A DNA stretch of 64,000 nt, from NCBI GenBank assembly GCA_965178085.1, contig CBCXTS010000021.1:322048-386047 (forward strand), given 5' to 3'. A model generated the notes under the pieces. The model was not told the origin of the DNA. It saw nothing but the letters and a program-made list of their open reading frames with translations, and did not search any database. This DNA comes from Alphaproteobacteria bacterium (GTDB lineage Bacteria; Pseudomonadota; Alphaproteobacteria; CBCXTS01). Position numbers and translations under genes: made by a program. Shown here piece by piece: positions 1-11,381 of the stretch (its first letter is position 1; each line of letters opens with the position of its first letter).

Positions 1-387
1 TGCTGTTTCTATAAGATTTTCAACCATCAATTTTTTACTACCTACAGCTTGATATCTACCATTGATAACCATTTGTGGAGTGTATATAAAAGGTTGATTT
101 AATGTGCGCGCATATTCTTTCTGGCGCAAAGTCATAATAGGTTGGGCAAAAGGATCACGCCATCCTATATAATCCCAATAATCTACATGCATTCCTAGTG
201 CAATAATACCTTTTTCCTGTGCAAGTTTACTTAACAACTCATCGGCAGGAGGACAAGAACTACACCCTTGCGATGTAAATAATTCTACAACAACTGGAGC
301 AACAGATTGGGCATACGCCGGCAATGTTAATTTACTATGAAGCATTATCAAAGCAGAAATAGTAAATATTATAATAAATCTATGCAT
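1..387 (-). CDS. DUF1223-family thioredoxin-like secreted protein; C-terminal end runs off the window
   Basis: Minus-strand translation from the ATG at 385-387 gives MHRFIIIFTISALIMLHSKLTLPAYAQSVAPVVVELFTSQGCSSCPP... This shows a signal peptide followed by a CxxC motif in the DUF1223 context. It is absent from the ORF track because it is truncated by the window edge. Confidence 0.55.
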   Translation of the reverse strand, partial: MHRFIIIFTISALIMLHSKLTLPAYAQSVAPVVVELFTSQGCSSCPPADELLSKLAQEKGIIALGMHVDYWDYIGWRDPFAQPIMTLRQKEYARTLNQPFIYTPQMVINGRYQAVGSKKLMVENLIETA

Positions 388-496
388 TCTAAAATTTCTA
401 AAACATTGTTTGCCAAATTTAATCATGACATTAAATATAAACAATATTGCTTACAAAAGATAATAACATTTCTGTCAATCAATGCATTTTCTTATT

Positions 497-1678
497 TTAT
501 TGAGATCTATGCAGCGAGAGCACTATCCCAAAGCTAGCAAATAAAGTGATCAACACTGTACCACCGTAAGATATAAGCGGCAACGGTACTCCAACTACAG
601 GAATTAGACCACTTACCATCGCAATATTAACAAATGCGTATAAAATAAAATTAACCATTACGCCTACTATAACAATACGTGCAAAAACACTATTTGATGA
701 AATAGCCATAATGATCATTTGTGCACACATTAACATATATAATACAATAACAATACTTGCACCTACAAAGCCCCATTCTTCGCCTATGAGAGCAAAGATA
801 AAGTCTGTTTGCTTTTCTGGTACAAAGTTTAAATCTCCATGACGCCCCTCGCCAAAACCTAACCCTGACCAGCCACCTGAGCCAAGAGCTATTTTTGATT
901 GTATAATCTGGTAGCCACTATCAAGAGGATCACTTTCTGGGTTGATAAAAGCAGTAATGCGTGCACGCTGATAGTCATGTAGCAACCAATTCCATGCAGG
1001 CCAAATAGACAAAATTGCTGCAAAACCTACACCTGCAAACAATTTCCAATCAATGCCTGCCATAAACATACAAACGATCCCAACACTAAGCATTAAAATA
1101 GCAGTCCCTAGGTCAGGTTGGCGTAAAACAAGCAATGTTGGAATAGCTATAATAACCATTGCTATCAATAAATAAAGAATATGATTTTTTATACTGTGTG
1201 TAGTTTTATGATAAAAATACGCTAACATCAATATCAAGCACACTCTCATTGGCTCTGAAGGCTGTAATCTTATTCCAGCTATATCTAACCATCGTTTAGC
1301 CCCTTTGCCCACATGCCCAAACAACTCAACACCTATTAATAAAAATAGGCACAATATATATAAAACCCATGATGCTTTTAGCCACGCTTCCATGCTCACT
1401 TGTGAAAAAACAAACATAACAATAAAAGCAACAGCAACGCGTATCATTTGTTTTTGTGCCCAAGGTTCCCAATTGCCAACTATAACGTCTTGAGTACCTG
1501 ACGATATGTTAGGTGAAGCTGAATACAAAGACAAAATGCCAATAGCAGTTGCTAATAGACATAATATTGGCAGAAATAGATTAATCCATTTAAAATCAAA
1601 TAGATGGACTTCCGACCTGTTTTTAAAATGCGTTAAATATATATTTTTAACCATTGCGCTTTTAAATAATACCTTCAA
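497..1678 (-). CDS. rodA: SEDS-family peptidoglycan glycosyltransferase RodA (rod shape-determining)
   Basis: Polytopic membrane protein of about 390 aa with FtsW/RodA-like conserved C-terminal segments. It lies immediately downstream of mrdA/PBP2 in the mreBCD-mrdA-rodA arrangement. The start codon is uncertain. Confidence 0.88.
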   Translation of the reverse strand: MKVLFKSAMVKNIYLTHFKNRSEVHLFDFKWINLFLPILCLLATAIGILSLYSASPNISSGTQDVIVGNWEPWAQKQMIRVAVAFIVMFVFSQVSMEAWLKASWVLYILCLFLLIGVELFGHVGKGAKRWLDIAGIRLQPSEPMRVCLILMLAYFYHKTTHSIKNHILYLLIAMVIIAIPTLLVLRQPDLGTAILMLSVGIVCMFMAGIDWKLFAGVGFAAILSIWPAWNWLLHDYQRARITAFINPESDPLDSGYQIIQSKIALGSGGWSGLGFGEGRHGDLNFVPEKQTDFIFALIGEEWGFVGASIVIVLYMLMCAQMIIMAISSNSVFARIVIVGVMVNFILYAFVNIAMVSGLIPVVGVPLPLISYGGTVLITLFASFGIVLSLHRSQ

Positions 1679-1768
1679 CTATGATTGCAACATAAAGTCG
1701 TAACCTTTATTGCACATCAATTTTAATCTACAATTGTAAAATCAACCTACTTTGCGATTTACACTTAC

Positions 1769-3631
1769 TTAATCATTTTGTCGCCGCTTTTGTACTGCAA
1801 GCAACAAGTCTCTTGCAATAGGTGCAGCAACGCTTGCACCACTAATACCATGTTCTATAATAACTGATACACAATATTTTGGATCGATTATCGGAGCATA
1901 ACCAACAAATAACGCATGATCACGCTGTGACCAAGGTAAGTGTTTTTGTTTAATAACGCCTAACTCGCGTTCTGATAATGTAATTCGACGAACTTGAGCG
2001 CTCCCTGTCTTTCCAGCCATTTCAAACGATGGGTTTCTAATTGCAGCTCCTCTTGCTGTACCCAGTTCACCTGTTATAGTCATTTCCATAGCCTTGCGTA
2101 TTAGCCCCAGTTTATAATTATCTGACAAGGAAACATTTGAAAATGCACTGTTGTTGGCTTGCTCGCTAGACAATTGCTTTAAAGTTACATCTGCATGCTG
2201 TGATGCATCCGTTTTGATTAAACGAGGTTCTAATGAAAAATTTCCACTGCCTATGCGTGCAACCATCACGCATAAATCAAGCGGTGTAGTCAAGACATAT
2301 CCTTGGCCTATAATTGAGTTAAGCGTATCACCAGTATACCATGGTTGATTTATTTTTCTTTGTTTCCAATTTTCATCTGGAATAATGCTTTGCTTACTTG
2401 GCAAGCCTAGATGCTTGCGTGGTTCTCCTAAACCGCAAATTTTTGCTACTTTTGCTATTGCATTAATACCAATCATACGCGCAACTTCATAAAACCAAAC
2501 ATCACATGATTGGGCTATTGCTTGAACAATGCCAACTTCTCCGTGGCCTTTTTTATGCCAACAATGAAACCTATGGCTTCCTACTTCTATATAACCTTTA
2601 CAATGAACTTTAAAATTTTCTGCTACTCCAGCTTGCATGGCTGCTAAAGCACTAACCAATTTAAAGGTTGACCCTGGAGAATAAAGACCGCTAGTGGCTC
2701 TGTTAAATAAAGGCATTGCAGGATCTCTTAATAAAGAATTCCAACTTTTCTGAAACGACGCACCTGAAAGATCGTTTGCATCATATGATGGTATATTTGC
2801 AAGAGCAAGTACATCGCCTTTAGATAAATCCATTAACACAACGCTAGCACGACGCTTATCTTTAATGGCATTCCAAGCAATTTTTTGCATTTCAATATCA
2901 ATGGTACTAGCAATATCTGTATTAATCTTAGCTTCAATCGTTGAAATAACACGAGCTCTACGGCCATCTGCCATTCTTTCTACTTCTTGCTGCTTGGCAA
3001 CACCTTGTAATCTACTATCTAAGCTTTTCTCAAACCCTGATCGCCCAAAAAGCTGTCCGGTCAGCGGTAATATATTTTTATCATCGCTTTTGGTTGTGAC
3101 ATATCCAATAATATGCGATGTCATATCTTTAAAAGGCCAAACACGTTTCCAGCTTTTTTCTACGTCAACATGTTGTAGATCATGCCAATTAACTTGTATT
3201 GTATTCAATTGCGCGCGCGTAAGGTCAGGGATAATAATAAGCTTGCTATAGCGGGGCTGAGATCTTGCAGTCAAAATTAAACCCTGAACATCCAGTGCTT
3301 CAAGCCCATCCAGTAATTGTACACGCTGTAACAATTGTTTTAACTGACTTAATCCCTTCAAACTTTGCATGTCAACAAACGCTTGATAGCGCGGTGCATT
3401 ATCAGCTAAAATAACACCATAGCGATCAGTAATGATAGCGCGCGGAGCTGCTTCGCGTTCAAGGCGGATATGGTTAGATTTCGCTATGTTGCGATATTTA
3501 TGCGCATGCTTTATTTGAATTTGAGCAAGGTTGAACAATAAGCCCGTCATTGTGAGTGTCCCTAAAGAACCTATTAATGCAAGGCGTAATCTATACTGAC
3601 TGATATCAGAGTGCTTAGATTTATTGTCCAT
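1769..3631 (-). CDS. mrdA: Penicillin-binding protein 2 (class B transpeptidase)
   Basis: 620 aa with an N-terminal TM helix, an SxxK motif (GSTFK), a KTG motif (AGKTGSA) and a PBP dimerisation domain. It sits between mreD and rodA. Confidence 0.9.
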   Translation of the reverse strand: MDNKSKHSDISQYRLRLALIGSLGTLTMTGLLFNLAQIQIKHAHKYRNIAKSNHIRLEREAAPRAIITDRYGVILADNAPRYQAFVDMQSLKGLSQLKQLLQRVQLLDGLEALDVQGLILTARSQPRYSKLIIIPDLTRAQLNTIQVNWHDLQHVDVEKSWKRVWPFKDMTSHIIGYVTTKSDDKNILPLTGQLFGRSGFEKSLDSRLQGVAKQQEVERMADGRRARVISTIEAKINTDIASTIDIEMQKIAWNAIKDKRRASVVLMDLSKGDVLALANIPSYDANDLSGASFQKSWNSLLRDPAMPLFNRATSGLYSPGSTFKLVSALAAMQAGVAENFKVHCKGYIEVGSHRFHCWHKKGHGEVGIVQAIAQSCDVWFYEVARMIGINAIAKVAKICGLGEPRKHLGLPSKQSIIPDENWKQRKINQPWYTGDTLNSIIGQGYVLTTPLDLCVMVARIGSGNFSLEPRLIKTDASQHADVTLKQLSSEQANNSAFSNVSLSDNYKLGLIRKAMEMTITGELGTARGAAIRNPSFEMAGKTGSAQVRRITLSERELGVIKQKHLPWSQRDHALFVGYAPIIDPKYCVSVIIEHGISGASVAAPIARDLLLAVQKRRQND

Positions 3632-3672
3632 TTTTATTTAAACCTATGCATCATAATATATACCAAATAGTA

Positions 3673-4236
3673 TTATATATTGCCAGAGGATACATTTACA
3701 GTACGGCGTGTTTTATCAAGCATAGGAATTCTGCGTGCAAAAGGTGCTAAGCTTAACCAAACAAGAGGCCAAATAAAAATAGTCAAAGTAGCCGTAAAAA
3801 GATAAGGAAACAGCGATAAAAATTGATCCGCAATAATGACGTCTATAAGCCATTGTGCAATACAAAATAACAATGTAGATACAACAATTGCCAGTGCAAA
3901 AAACGCAAAACCAAAGCTATAAAATTTTGACGAAATACTACGCAATAAAACCACAACAATTAGCATTAAAGCAATACCATAACCAAAATGATTTGCAATC
4001 ACCAAATCATGGATACAACCAAATACAAACACACCTGCCATACTTAAAAGATCAGGTCGATAAATAGCCCAAAAGCCTAAAGCGCAAAACCAAATTAAAG
4101 GTTTTACTCCATAAATAGCTATCGGCAGTGAAAGCGATATAATAAACAAAAAAACAAGGCTTAAAGGCGCAATTATTCGTGATATCAAATCAAATAAATT
4201 TTCGACAATAAATGTCTTCAATATAAAACCTTTCAA
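3673..4236 (-). CDS. mreD: Rod shape-determining protein MreD
   Basis: 187-aa highly hydrophobic polytopic protein located directly after mreC. Confidence 0.75.
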   Translation of the reverse strand: MKGFILKTFIVENLFDLISRIIAPLSLVFLFIISLSLPIAIYGVKPLIWFCALGFWAIYRPDLLSMAGVFVFGCIHDLVIANHFGYGIALMLIVVVLLRSISSKFYSFGFAFFALAIVVSTLLFCIAQWLIDVIIADQFLSLFPYLFTATLTIFIWPLVWLSLAPFARRIPMLDKTRRTVNVSSGNI

Positions 4237-4279
4237 ACAAAATTATATGAATTTTTTCAATATAATTTACAATTCCAGG

Positions 4280-5191
4280 TCACTTAATCTTAGCAACTGG
4301 TTCCATGATAGGCGTGTTTGCTATTATTTTAAAATAACTTGCAACGTCTGGGTTAGCAAAAGGATGAACATAAAACTCATCCCCATTTAAATCATTTTTT
4401 CCTTTTGCAACATCTGCAAAATCAGACAAAACACCTACAGGAAGCCCAGAAGGAAATACTCCACCTCCACCTGATGTAACAACCAGATCATTTGGCTCTA
4501 ACATCGCATGAGAATATATATAATCTAGCTTAAGAAATGGTGTGCCAGTGCCAATTACTATCCCTGGAACACGATTTTCTCCTACTTCAACTGGTATTCG
4601 ACTGGATATATCCGTAATTAATAACAAGCGCGAGCTATTTGTGCCTGCATTGATCACCCAACCAGCTAAACCACCGTTTAGCAATGCAACATCATAGCGA
4701 GTAATTCCATACTTTGTACCTGAGTCCAATAATAATGAATGAGCAAATGGACTACTTAAATCTGCTACAGATCGCGCAATATGGGTTACCGATAATGATG
4801 ATTCTTTGTTATCATGATCAACTAACGATTCATGATTGTTTTCTAGCAATTCTCGCAATCGATGGTTTTCATGCTCTAAGGCAATGGCTCTAGCTTGCAG
4901 ATGGTCAAGCTTTGTAATAGCAACTTGCATGGTTTGCAATTCATGGCGCATTTCAAAAAAAACATTAATTTCTCTGTTTAAATCTTGAAAAGTTTGCAAC
5001 GGAGATGACACAAAACGGTAAACTGGACTTAGTAAATCATCAATGGTAGCGCGCGCGCGCATTAATTCTGTTGGATTTAAATAACCTAACCCAACACTTA
5101 TACCGCCAAGTGCGATTGATGCAGCAACCATCAACATTGTGGCAAATACATGCGCGCGAGCGCGCGAAAGCACTTGAATCCGCAAAGCCAT
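4280..5191 (-). CDS. mreC: Rod shape-determining protein MreC
   Basis: 303 aa with an N-terminal TM helix, a coiled coil (LQARAIALEHENHRLRELLE) and a C-terminal beta domain. It follows mreB. Confidence 0.85.
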   Translation of the reverse strand: MALRIQVLSRARAHVFATMLMVAASIALGGISVGLGYLNPTELMRARATIDDLLSPVYRFVSSPLQTFQDLNREINVFFEMRHELQTMQVAITKLDHLQARAIALEHENHRLRELLENNHESLVDHDNKESSLSVTHIARSVADLSSPFAHSLLLDSGTKYGITRYDVALLNGGLAGWVINAGTNSSRLLLITDISSRIPVEVGENRVPGIVIGTGTPFLKLDYIYSHAMLEPNDLVVTSGGGGVFPSGLPVGVLSDFADVAKGKNDLNGDEFYVHPFANPDVASYFKIIANTPIMEPVAKIK

Positions 5192-5215
5192 ATCTTAATA
5201 CTCGTAGTTTAGCAC

Positions 5216-6319
<1,104 letters not shown>

Positions 6320-6555
6320 CTAGGTTATAAGTTGCATATAAAAATGTAGCTGTTCTATATTTCTCTATATTCTATATATTGTTTAAAATAGCTATCATGC
6401 AAAATTGATGTCTTTCTTAAATAATCTACATCAAAGAATATCAATTTAAATCTATAAGCATCAATATATGCCAAATATTTAGCATATATATATCCAATAC
6501 GTAATATATAATTATACATTATTGCAGATTATAAATATACCAGCTATTAAATACC

Positions 6556-7521
6556 ATGCAATACATTATCCAAGCAAACGATTTTAATGCAATTACGCAT
6601 GCTGTTGGGCAAATAAAGGCAGGAGAATTAGTTGTTTTTCCAACTGAAACTGTCTATGGCATTGGCGCTGATGCAACTAATTTAAGTGCATGTAGTAAAA
6701 TTTTTCAAATAAAAAACCGTCCAACTACAAACCCCATGATTGTTCACGTACACAATCTAGATTGTGTGGCATCTTTTGCTGAAATTAACAACACCGCTTA
6801 CAAATTGGCAGAGCGGTTTTGGCCAGGGCCGCTTTCTATCATTTTACCATTGCTGCCACAGCATCGTATTGCATCAAATGTATGTGCCAATTTGACAACA
6901 ATTGCAGTTCGCTCTCCCTCTCATCCGGTTGCCCAGAAATTATTACAACTTTGTGATTGTCCTATCGCTGCACCAAGCGCCAACCGCTCTGGACATTTAA
7001 GTCCAACTTGTGCAGAGCATGTTCAAAAAGATTTTCCAGATAAAGAAATATTGATACTAGACGCTGGTGAATGTGACCATGGTATAGAATCAACAATCAT
7101 TGGATTGCATACTGAAATCCCTGTACTTGCCAGACTTGGCGCAATCGCGCGCTACGAAATTGAAGATACTATTGGCCCTATCCAAGATATATATAACCAT
7201 GATGCAACGCATCATGCGATAGCCCCTGGAATGACGACGAGCCATTATGCTCCATCTATTCCATTGCGGTTAAATGCAACTGCTGCTTTAAAAAATGAAA
7301 CCTTAATTGGCTTTGGTGGTACAAAAGATGCAGAGTTTGATCTGTCGTTAACGAAAAATCTTAATGAAGCTGCACGTAACCTATTTGCAATTTTGCATCA
7401 AATAGAAAATAGCGGTGCTACTTCTATCGCGATTGTAACTATACCAAACACTGGCATAGGGGCAGCTATCAACGATCGTTTGCGCCGTGCTGCTGCTGGT
7501 TTCAAGTCTAAAACAACGTAA
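6556..7521 (+). CDS. tsaC: L-threonylcarbamoyladenylate synthase (Sua5/YciO/YrdC family with a Sua5 C-terminal domain)
   Basis: YrdC-domain motifs (VVFPTETVYGIGADATN, KNRPTTNPMIVHV) plus a C-terminal extension of about 130 aa. Confidence 0.85.
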   Translation: MQYIIQANDFNAITHAVGQIKAGELVVFPTETVYGIGADATNLSACSKIFQIKNRPTTNPMIVHVHNLDCVASFAEINNTAYKLAERFWPGPLSIILPLLPQHRIASNVCANLTTIAVRSPSHPVAQKLLQLCDCPIAAPSANRSGHLSPTCAEHVQKDFPDKEILILDAGECDHGIESTIIGLHTEIPVLARLGAIARYEIEDTIGPIQDIYNHDATHHAIAPGMTTSHYAPSIPLRLNATAALKNETLIGFGGTKDAEFDLSLTKNLNEAARNLFAILHQIENSGATSIAIVTIPNTGIGAAINDRLRRAAAGFKSKTT

Positions 7522-7526
7522 ATTTA

Positions 7527-7991
7527 TTGAATAATATGCCACAAAAAATATATTCCCTTTTTCACAACAAATTGGCAAACGTCTACTTCGTTTGTATTAT
7601 AATGTTAACTGGTTGTACACCTCACCAATCACTACATGGGCAGCTACCCAAAAATTATCAATTAGAAAAACTAATTATTGGAGAGGCCGTGCGCGAAGAC
7701 TTTTTAGCAGTTTTAGGATCACCGTCTACACTTGCAAGTTTTAATTCAGATATATGGTATTATTTTGGAGCACGTACACAAAGGTGGGCTTTCTTTGAAG
7801 AAGAAATATTAGAAATAAAAATATATGCATTTTCTTTTAACGCTGAAGGTGTTCTATCTGATATACGTCTCTATGATAAAGATAGTTTGAACGAAATAGA
7901 CTTTTCATCTAATAAAACACCAACCGCTGGGCATTCAATAGGTATCCTAGAACAGCTTCTGGGTAATTTTGGGCGATTTAATAAAGAGTAA
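7527..7991 (+). CDS. Outer-membrane lipoprotein, BamE/SmpA-OmlA-like
   Basis: Signal peptide with a lipobox (IIMLTGC). It is a small periplasmic protein of about 150 aa with a BamE-like LGSPS...W.YF segment. Confidence 0.5.
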   Translation: MNNMPQKIYSLFHNKLANVYFVCIIMLTGCTPHQSLHGQLPKNYQLEKLIIGEAVREDFLAVLGSPSTLASFNSDIWYYFGARTQRWAFFEEEILEIKIYAFSFNAEGVLSDIRLYDKDSLNEIDFSSNKTPTAGHSIGILEQLLGNFGRFNKE

Positions 7992-8547
7992 TAACGTAAA
8001 AATTAAAACTTCAATGATATATTCTCTTGCCAATAAAAAACCACAATGTAGTCCTGACGCGTGGATTGCACCCAGTGCTGTTATCATTGGCAATGTAACA
8101 TTGAAAGCAAATACAAGCATTTGGTGGAATGCTGTTTTACGTGGCGACGAAGACCTCATTAGTATTGATGAAGGATCCAATGTCCAAGATAATGCTGTTT
8201 TACATACTGACCCTGGTTACCCTTTGACGATAGGGTGCAATGTGACTATTGGGCATTTAGCAATGATACACGGATGCACTATCCAAGATCATTGCCTCAT
8301 TGGCATCGGAGCAGTCATCTTAAATGGCGCTGTCATTGGTGCTAATTCTATTGTTGGCGCTAGTGCATTGATTACTGAAAACCAAGTTTTTGAACCAAAC
8401 TCTTTGATCATAGGCCAACCTGCACGACGCATCAAAGAAGTCACCAGCACACAAAAGCAAGCTATCCTTGACAATGCATTAAGCTACCAAGCAAGGTTTC
8501 GTGATTACCAAAATCAACTACAAGAATTGACTAACGATATTGCCTGA
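7969..8547 (+). CDS. Gamma-class carbonic anhydrase / hexapeptide-repeat protein (PaaY/YrdA family)
   Basis: Left-handed beta-helix hexapeptide repeats with the His ligands typical of gamma-CA (VLHTD...TIGHLAMIHGCTI). Confidence 0.8.
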   Translation: MGDLIKSNNVKIKTSMIYSLANKKPQCSPDAWIAPSAVIIGNVTLKANTSIWWNAVLRGDEDLISIDEGSNVQDNAVLHTDPGYPLTIGCNVTIGHLAMIHGCTIQDHCLIGIGAVILNGAVIGANSIVGASALITENQVFEPNSLIIGQPARRIKEVTSTQKQAILDNALSYQARFRDYQNQLQELTNDIA

Positions 8548-8602
8548 ACCAATTACCCATTCATCGCAGCAATCTTTGAACAATAACAAAGTAAGGATCG
8601 CA

Positions 8603-10255
8603 ATGGTCCGCTCGTATAGTGGCATTATACTATGCGTATTTCTAGCAAGCCATATGCTCAATCATTGCTTGTTATTAATTTCTATTGAAGTAGCAGATTC
8701 AGGGCGAGATATCTTCAATCTAATTTGGCGCAATTTACCCGCTACCATATTACTATATACAGCAATGATAACTCATTTAATTGCTGGCTGCTATTTTATA
8801 GCCATTCGTCCGCTTAGAACTGCAACAGCTTTTGAGATTGCCCGAGCATTCATTGGAGTTCTTATTCCTTATGTCGTCATTGCACACGCCACTCTTACAC
8901 GTGGTGCCTTTGAAATTATTGGAATTGAAGATAGTTATTCTGCAATTATTCCAGCATTGTTTATTGTTGATCTTCAAGCAGGCATTAATCAAGTGATTAT
9001 TATGTTGTTGGCATGGTTCCATGGCATGCTTGGTATACATTTGTGGAAGCGCCATTTAAGTTGTTATCGCAATAATATTATCTTGTTGAGTATCTTGGCA
9101 ACATTATTACCAGTTTTTGCTTTATCGGGCATTATTTCATCGGCTGTTAATGTTCCTGATGAATATGTTGTACTCTTGCAGCAACGGTTTTCAAATATCG
9201 CATTGGCAAACGAAATGAAGCAATTAGCCCAACTAGCAGAATGGGCAGTGATCGCTTGGAGTTGCATCATCGTATCACCTTTTATCTTTAAAGCAGTCAA
9301 ACATGCTGCTAATTCTTTTAAACCAACAATCACCGTTCATTATAGCAATGGCGCTAAAACACATATACCACATGGATCATTACTACTTGATGCCCATTAT
9401 AAAGCTAAAATTGCCCATCTTTCTATTTGTGGTGGCCGTGTGCGTTGTTCAACTTGCAGGGTTAAAATTTTAGAAGGTCTTGAGCATGTTCCACAAGCTA
9501 AAAGCGATGAACAAAAACTTTTGAACAAATTCTCTTATGCTCATAATATTCGCCTTGCATGCCAGTTAAAGCCAACGTCCGATATCACTGTTGAACCTAT
9601 TGTACAACCTAAAGATTCTCATCAAGCTTTAAGTAAACGGACTTTAGAATCGCGCGAAATATCAACTATTGCAATGTTCACAGACCTTAGAGGTTTTACT
9701 CAATTTTCAGAAAGTCGCTTGCCCTTTGATGTTGTTGATATATTAAACCGTTATTGCACTATCGTTGGCGACGCAGTATCAAGCAATGGTGGTTACGTCG
9801 ACAAGTTTATTGGCGATGGATCAATGTCTCTATTTGGATTGCAAGGCAACATCCAAAAATCATCCCTCCAAGCTTTACAAGCTGCTACACAAATTGCTCG
9901 ATCAATGGATCTACTCAATAAAGAAATTGAAGCAGAAGGATACCCTAGCCTTAAAATCGGCATTGGCCTTCATCATGGCACAGCTATTGTTGGTAAGGTT
10001 GGTTATGCCCAAGACGCTCAATTGACAGCCATCGGCGACTGCGTGAATACTGCAAGCAGGCTTGAAAGCATGAATAAAGACTACAACAGCACAATCATCA
10101 TTTCCTATGATCTAGCCAAATGTGCAGATTTGCAAACAAAAACATTAAAACCAGAAAAAATTGCTGTTCGAGGGCGCAAACAAAAAATGCTTATTTATTA
10201 TTTTAAGTCTTGGAACGAATTAGATTCTTTATTAAGCGTCCCGACAAAAACTTAA
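8603..10255 (+). CDS. Class III adenylate/guanylate cyclase fused to a polytopic membrane domain and a 2Fe-2S ferredoxin-like domain
   Basis: The ORF track starts at a TTG at 8540, which overlaps the preceding gene. The ATG at 8603, preceded by AAGGA, is the more likely start. The N-terminal 250 aa are His-rich and hydrophobic. A CxxxxCxxC cluster follows (ICGGRVRCSTCRVKILEG...LACQL). The cyclase core is FTDLRGFTQFSE ... KFIGDGSMSLFG ... GLHHGTAIVGKVG. Confidence 0.8.
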   Translation: MVRSYSGIILCVFLASHMLNHCLLLISIEVADSGRDIFNLIWRNLPATILLYTAMITHLIAGCYFIAIRPLRTATAFEIARAFIGVLIPYVVIAHATLTRGAFEIIGIEDSYSAIIPALFIVDLQAGINQVIIMLLAWFHGMLGIHLWKRHLSCYRNNIILLSILATLLPVFALSGIISSAVNVPDEYVVLLQQRFSNIALANEMKQLAQLAEWAVIAWSCIIVSPFIFKAVKHAANSFKPTITVHYSNGAKTHIPHGSLLLDAHYKAKIAHLSICGGRVRCSTCRVKILEGLEHVPQAKSDEQKLLNKFSYAHNIRLACQLKPTSDITVEPIVQPKDSHQALSKRTLESREISTIAMFTDLRGFTQFSESRLPFDVVDILNRYCTIVGDAVSSNGGYVDKFIGDGSMSLFGLQGNIQKSSLQALQAATQIARSMDLLNKEIEAEGYPSLKIGIGLHHGTAIVGKVGYAQDAQLTAIGDCVNTASRLESMNKDYNSTIIISYDLAKCADLQTKTLKPEKIAVRGRKQKMLIYYFKSWNELDSLLSVPTKT

Positions 10256-10328
10256 AAATATTAAAGTTTTATCAATATTTTACGCGAGTTGCTTTTTAAA
10301 GGTTGTAAATGTTTGAAAAAGTAACTGA

Positions 10329-11381
10329 TCAAGCAAAGCGATCTACTAAGCGTGCAAGCAAAATATCCTGCCCTGTGATTTGGCGTGTACCAGTTGTGCC
10401 AACGTCGTTTGAAAACGATCTGCTGCCACTATCTGCTAACACAGGATCCCTATTAATAGCCGCCACATCTAGTACATTTAATTGATCTGTGGATACGCCT
10501 TGTTGTGCAATCGTAACATTTGAACTTGTGGCTTGATTCGGCAATTGCTCATTACCTGCAACATTGGTTGACGGAGTAATTTCTAGTTGCGGAGACTGCT
10601 CTATGGACAAATTATTCTGAATTGCTTGTCGACTTGCTATAGCAAGTCGAGCAGATCTAAAAAACTCAGGGCCGTTGGGACCAACTGGCCTAAATTGCGA
10701 AGCAGGAGATAACTCTTGTGCAATTAAAGTAGGCTGAATAGAGTTCCTACTACCAGCAGCAACAATCAAATTATTGTTCAAAACATCGCTAAGCTGTACG
10801 CTAGCATTCTCGAAAGCTTGACTGCGCTCAAATGTTATTGAATTTGCATCTGGTGTTGCTTGAGAAGCTGTTGGAGTTGACGAAATTTTTTGTGTTTGTT
10901 GTTCGCTTTGCAACTGCACGTTTTTAACACGCCCAGCATAAGCACTTAACTCATCAACATTTAATTCACTCGTAGAATTAATCCTTTCAAGTGAGCCTAA
11001 ATTGGTTCCATTGTCCACTTGAGAATTAATTGTATCTCTAAAGCGTGTACTATTATTTGTATCGCTATCATTTTGTACGTTGGTGTTTAAACCTTGCCTC
11101 AAAATAGGAAGGCTTGCATTGACATTCTCACGTTGGGTTAAAGACGTTGTCAATAATTGTGAGTCAACTCTTTGTGCGATTGCTCTATTTTGACTATTTA
11201 ATGCTTGCTGAGTACCCAAAATAGCATTTTGAGTTTGCGCGCTAACCTGCTGTTCTATTTGTTGAGATTGCACGTTCGATGCGCCGTTTCGCCGTTGTTG
11301 CTGCACATTATTCGAGTTGGCAAGAGCTTGCCTTATAGCAAAAGGCTGTGATTGTACGCTTGTTGATATTAAATCCGTCAT
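10329..11381 (-). CDS. Hypothetical Q/N/S/T-rich low-complexity protein with no TM helix or signal peptide
   Basis: 350-aa ORF with strongly biased, polar, repeat-poor composition. No recognisable catalytic motif. Confidence 0.45.
   Translation of the reverse strand: MTDLISTSVQSQPFAIRQALANSNNVQQQRRNGASNVQSQQIEQQVSAQTQNAILGTQQALNSQNRAIAQRVDSQLLTTSLTQRENVNASLPILRQGLNTNVQNDSDTNNSTRFRDTINSQVDNGTNLGSLERINSTSELNVDELSAYAGRVKNVQLQSEQQTQKISSTPTASQATPDANSITFERSQAFENASVQLSDVLNNNLIVAAGSRNSIQPTLIAQELSPASQFRPVGPNGPEFFRSARLAIASRQAIQNNLSIEQSPQLEITPSTNVAGNEQLPNQATSSNVTIAQQGVSTDQLNVLDVAAINRDPVLADSGSRSFSNDVGTTGTRQITGQDILLARLVDRFA

Noticed and set aside
337-537. A 66-aa plus-strand ORF at the left edge
   Set aside because: It overlaps the 5' end of the minus-strand DUF1223 gene and the 3' end of rodA. 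It is AT-rich with no RBS or motif.
2865-3251. A 128-aa plus-strand ORF, and many similar ORFs of 60-145 aa antisense to mrdA, mreB, the atp genes, the ankyrin gene, glnE and others
   Set aside because: All lie fully inside longer, well-supported genes on the opposite strand. They have low-complexity translations and no motifs. They are typical shadow ORFs.
8540-8602. The TTG-initiated N-terminal 21 aa of the cyclase ORF overlapping the gamma-CA gene
   Set aside because: An ATG at 8603 with an AAGGA RBS 8 nt upstream is a far better start. The extension is probably an ORF-caller artefact.
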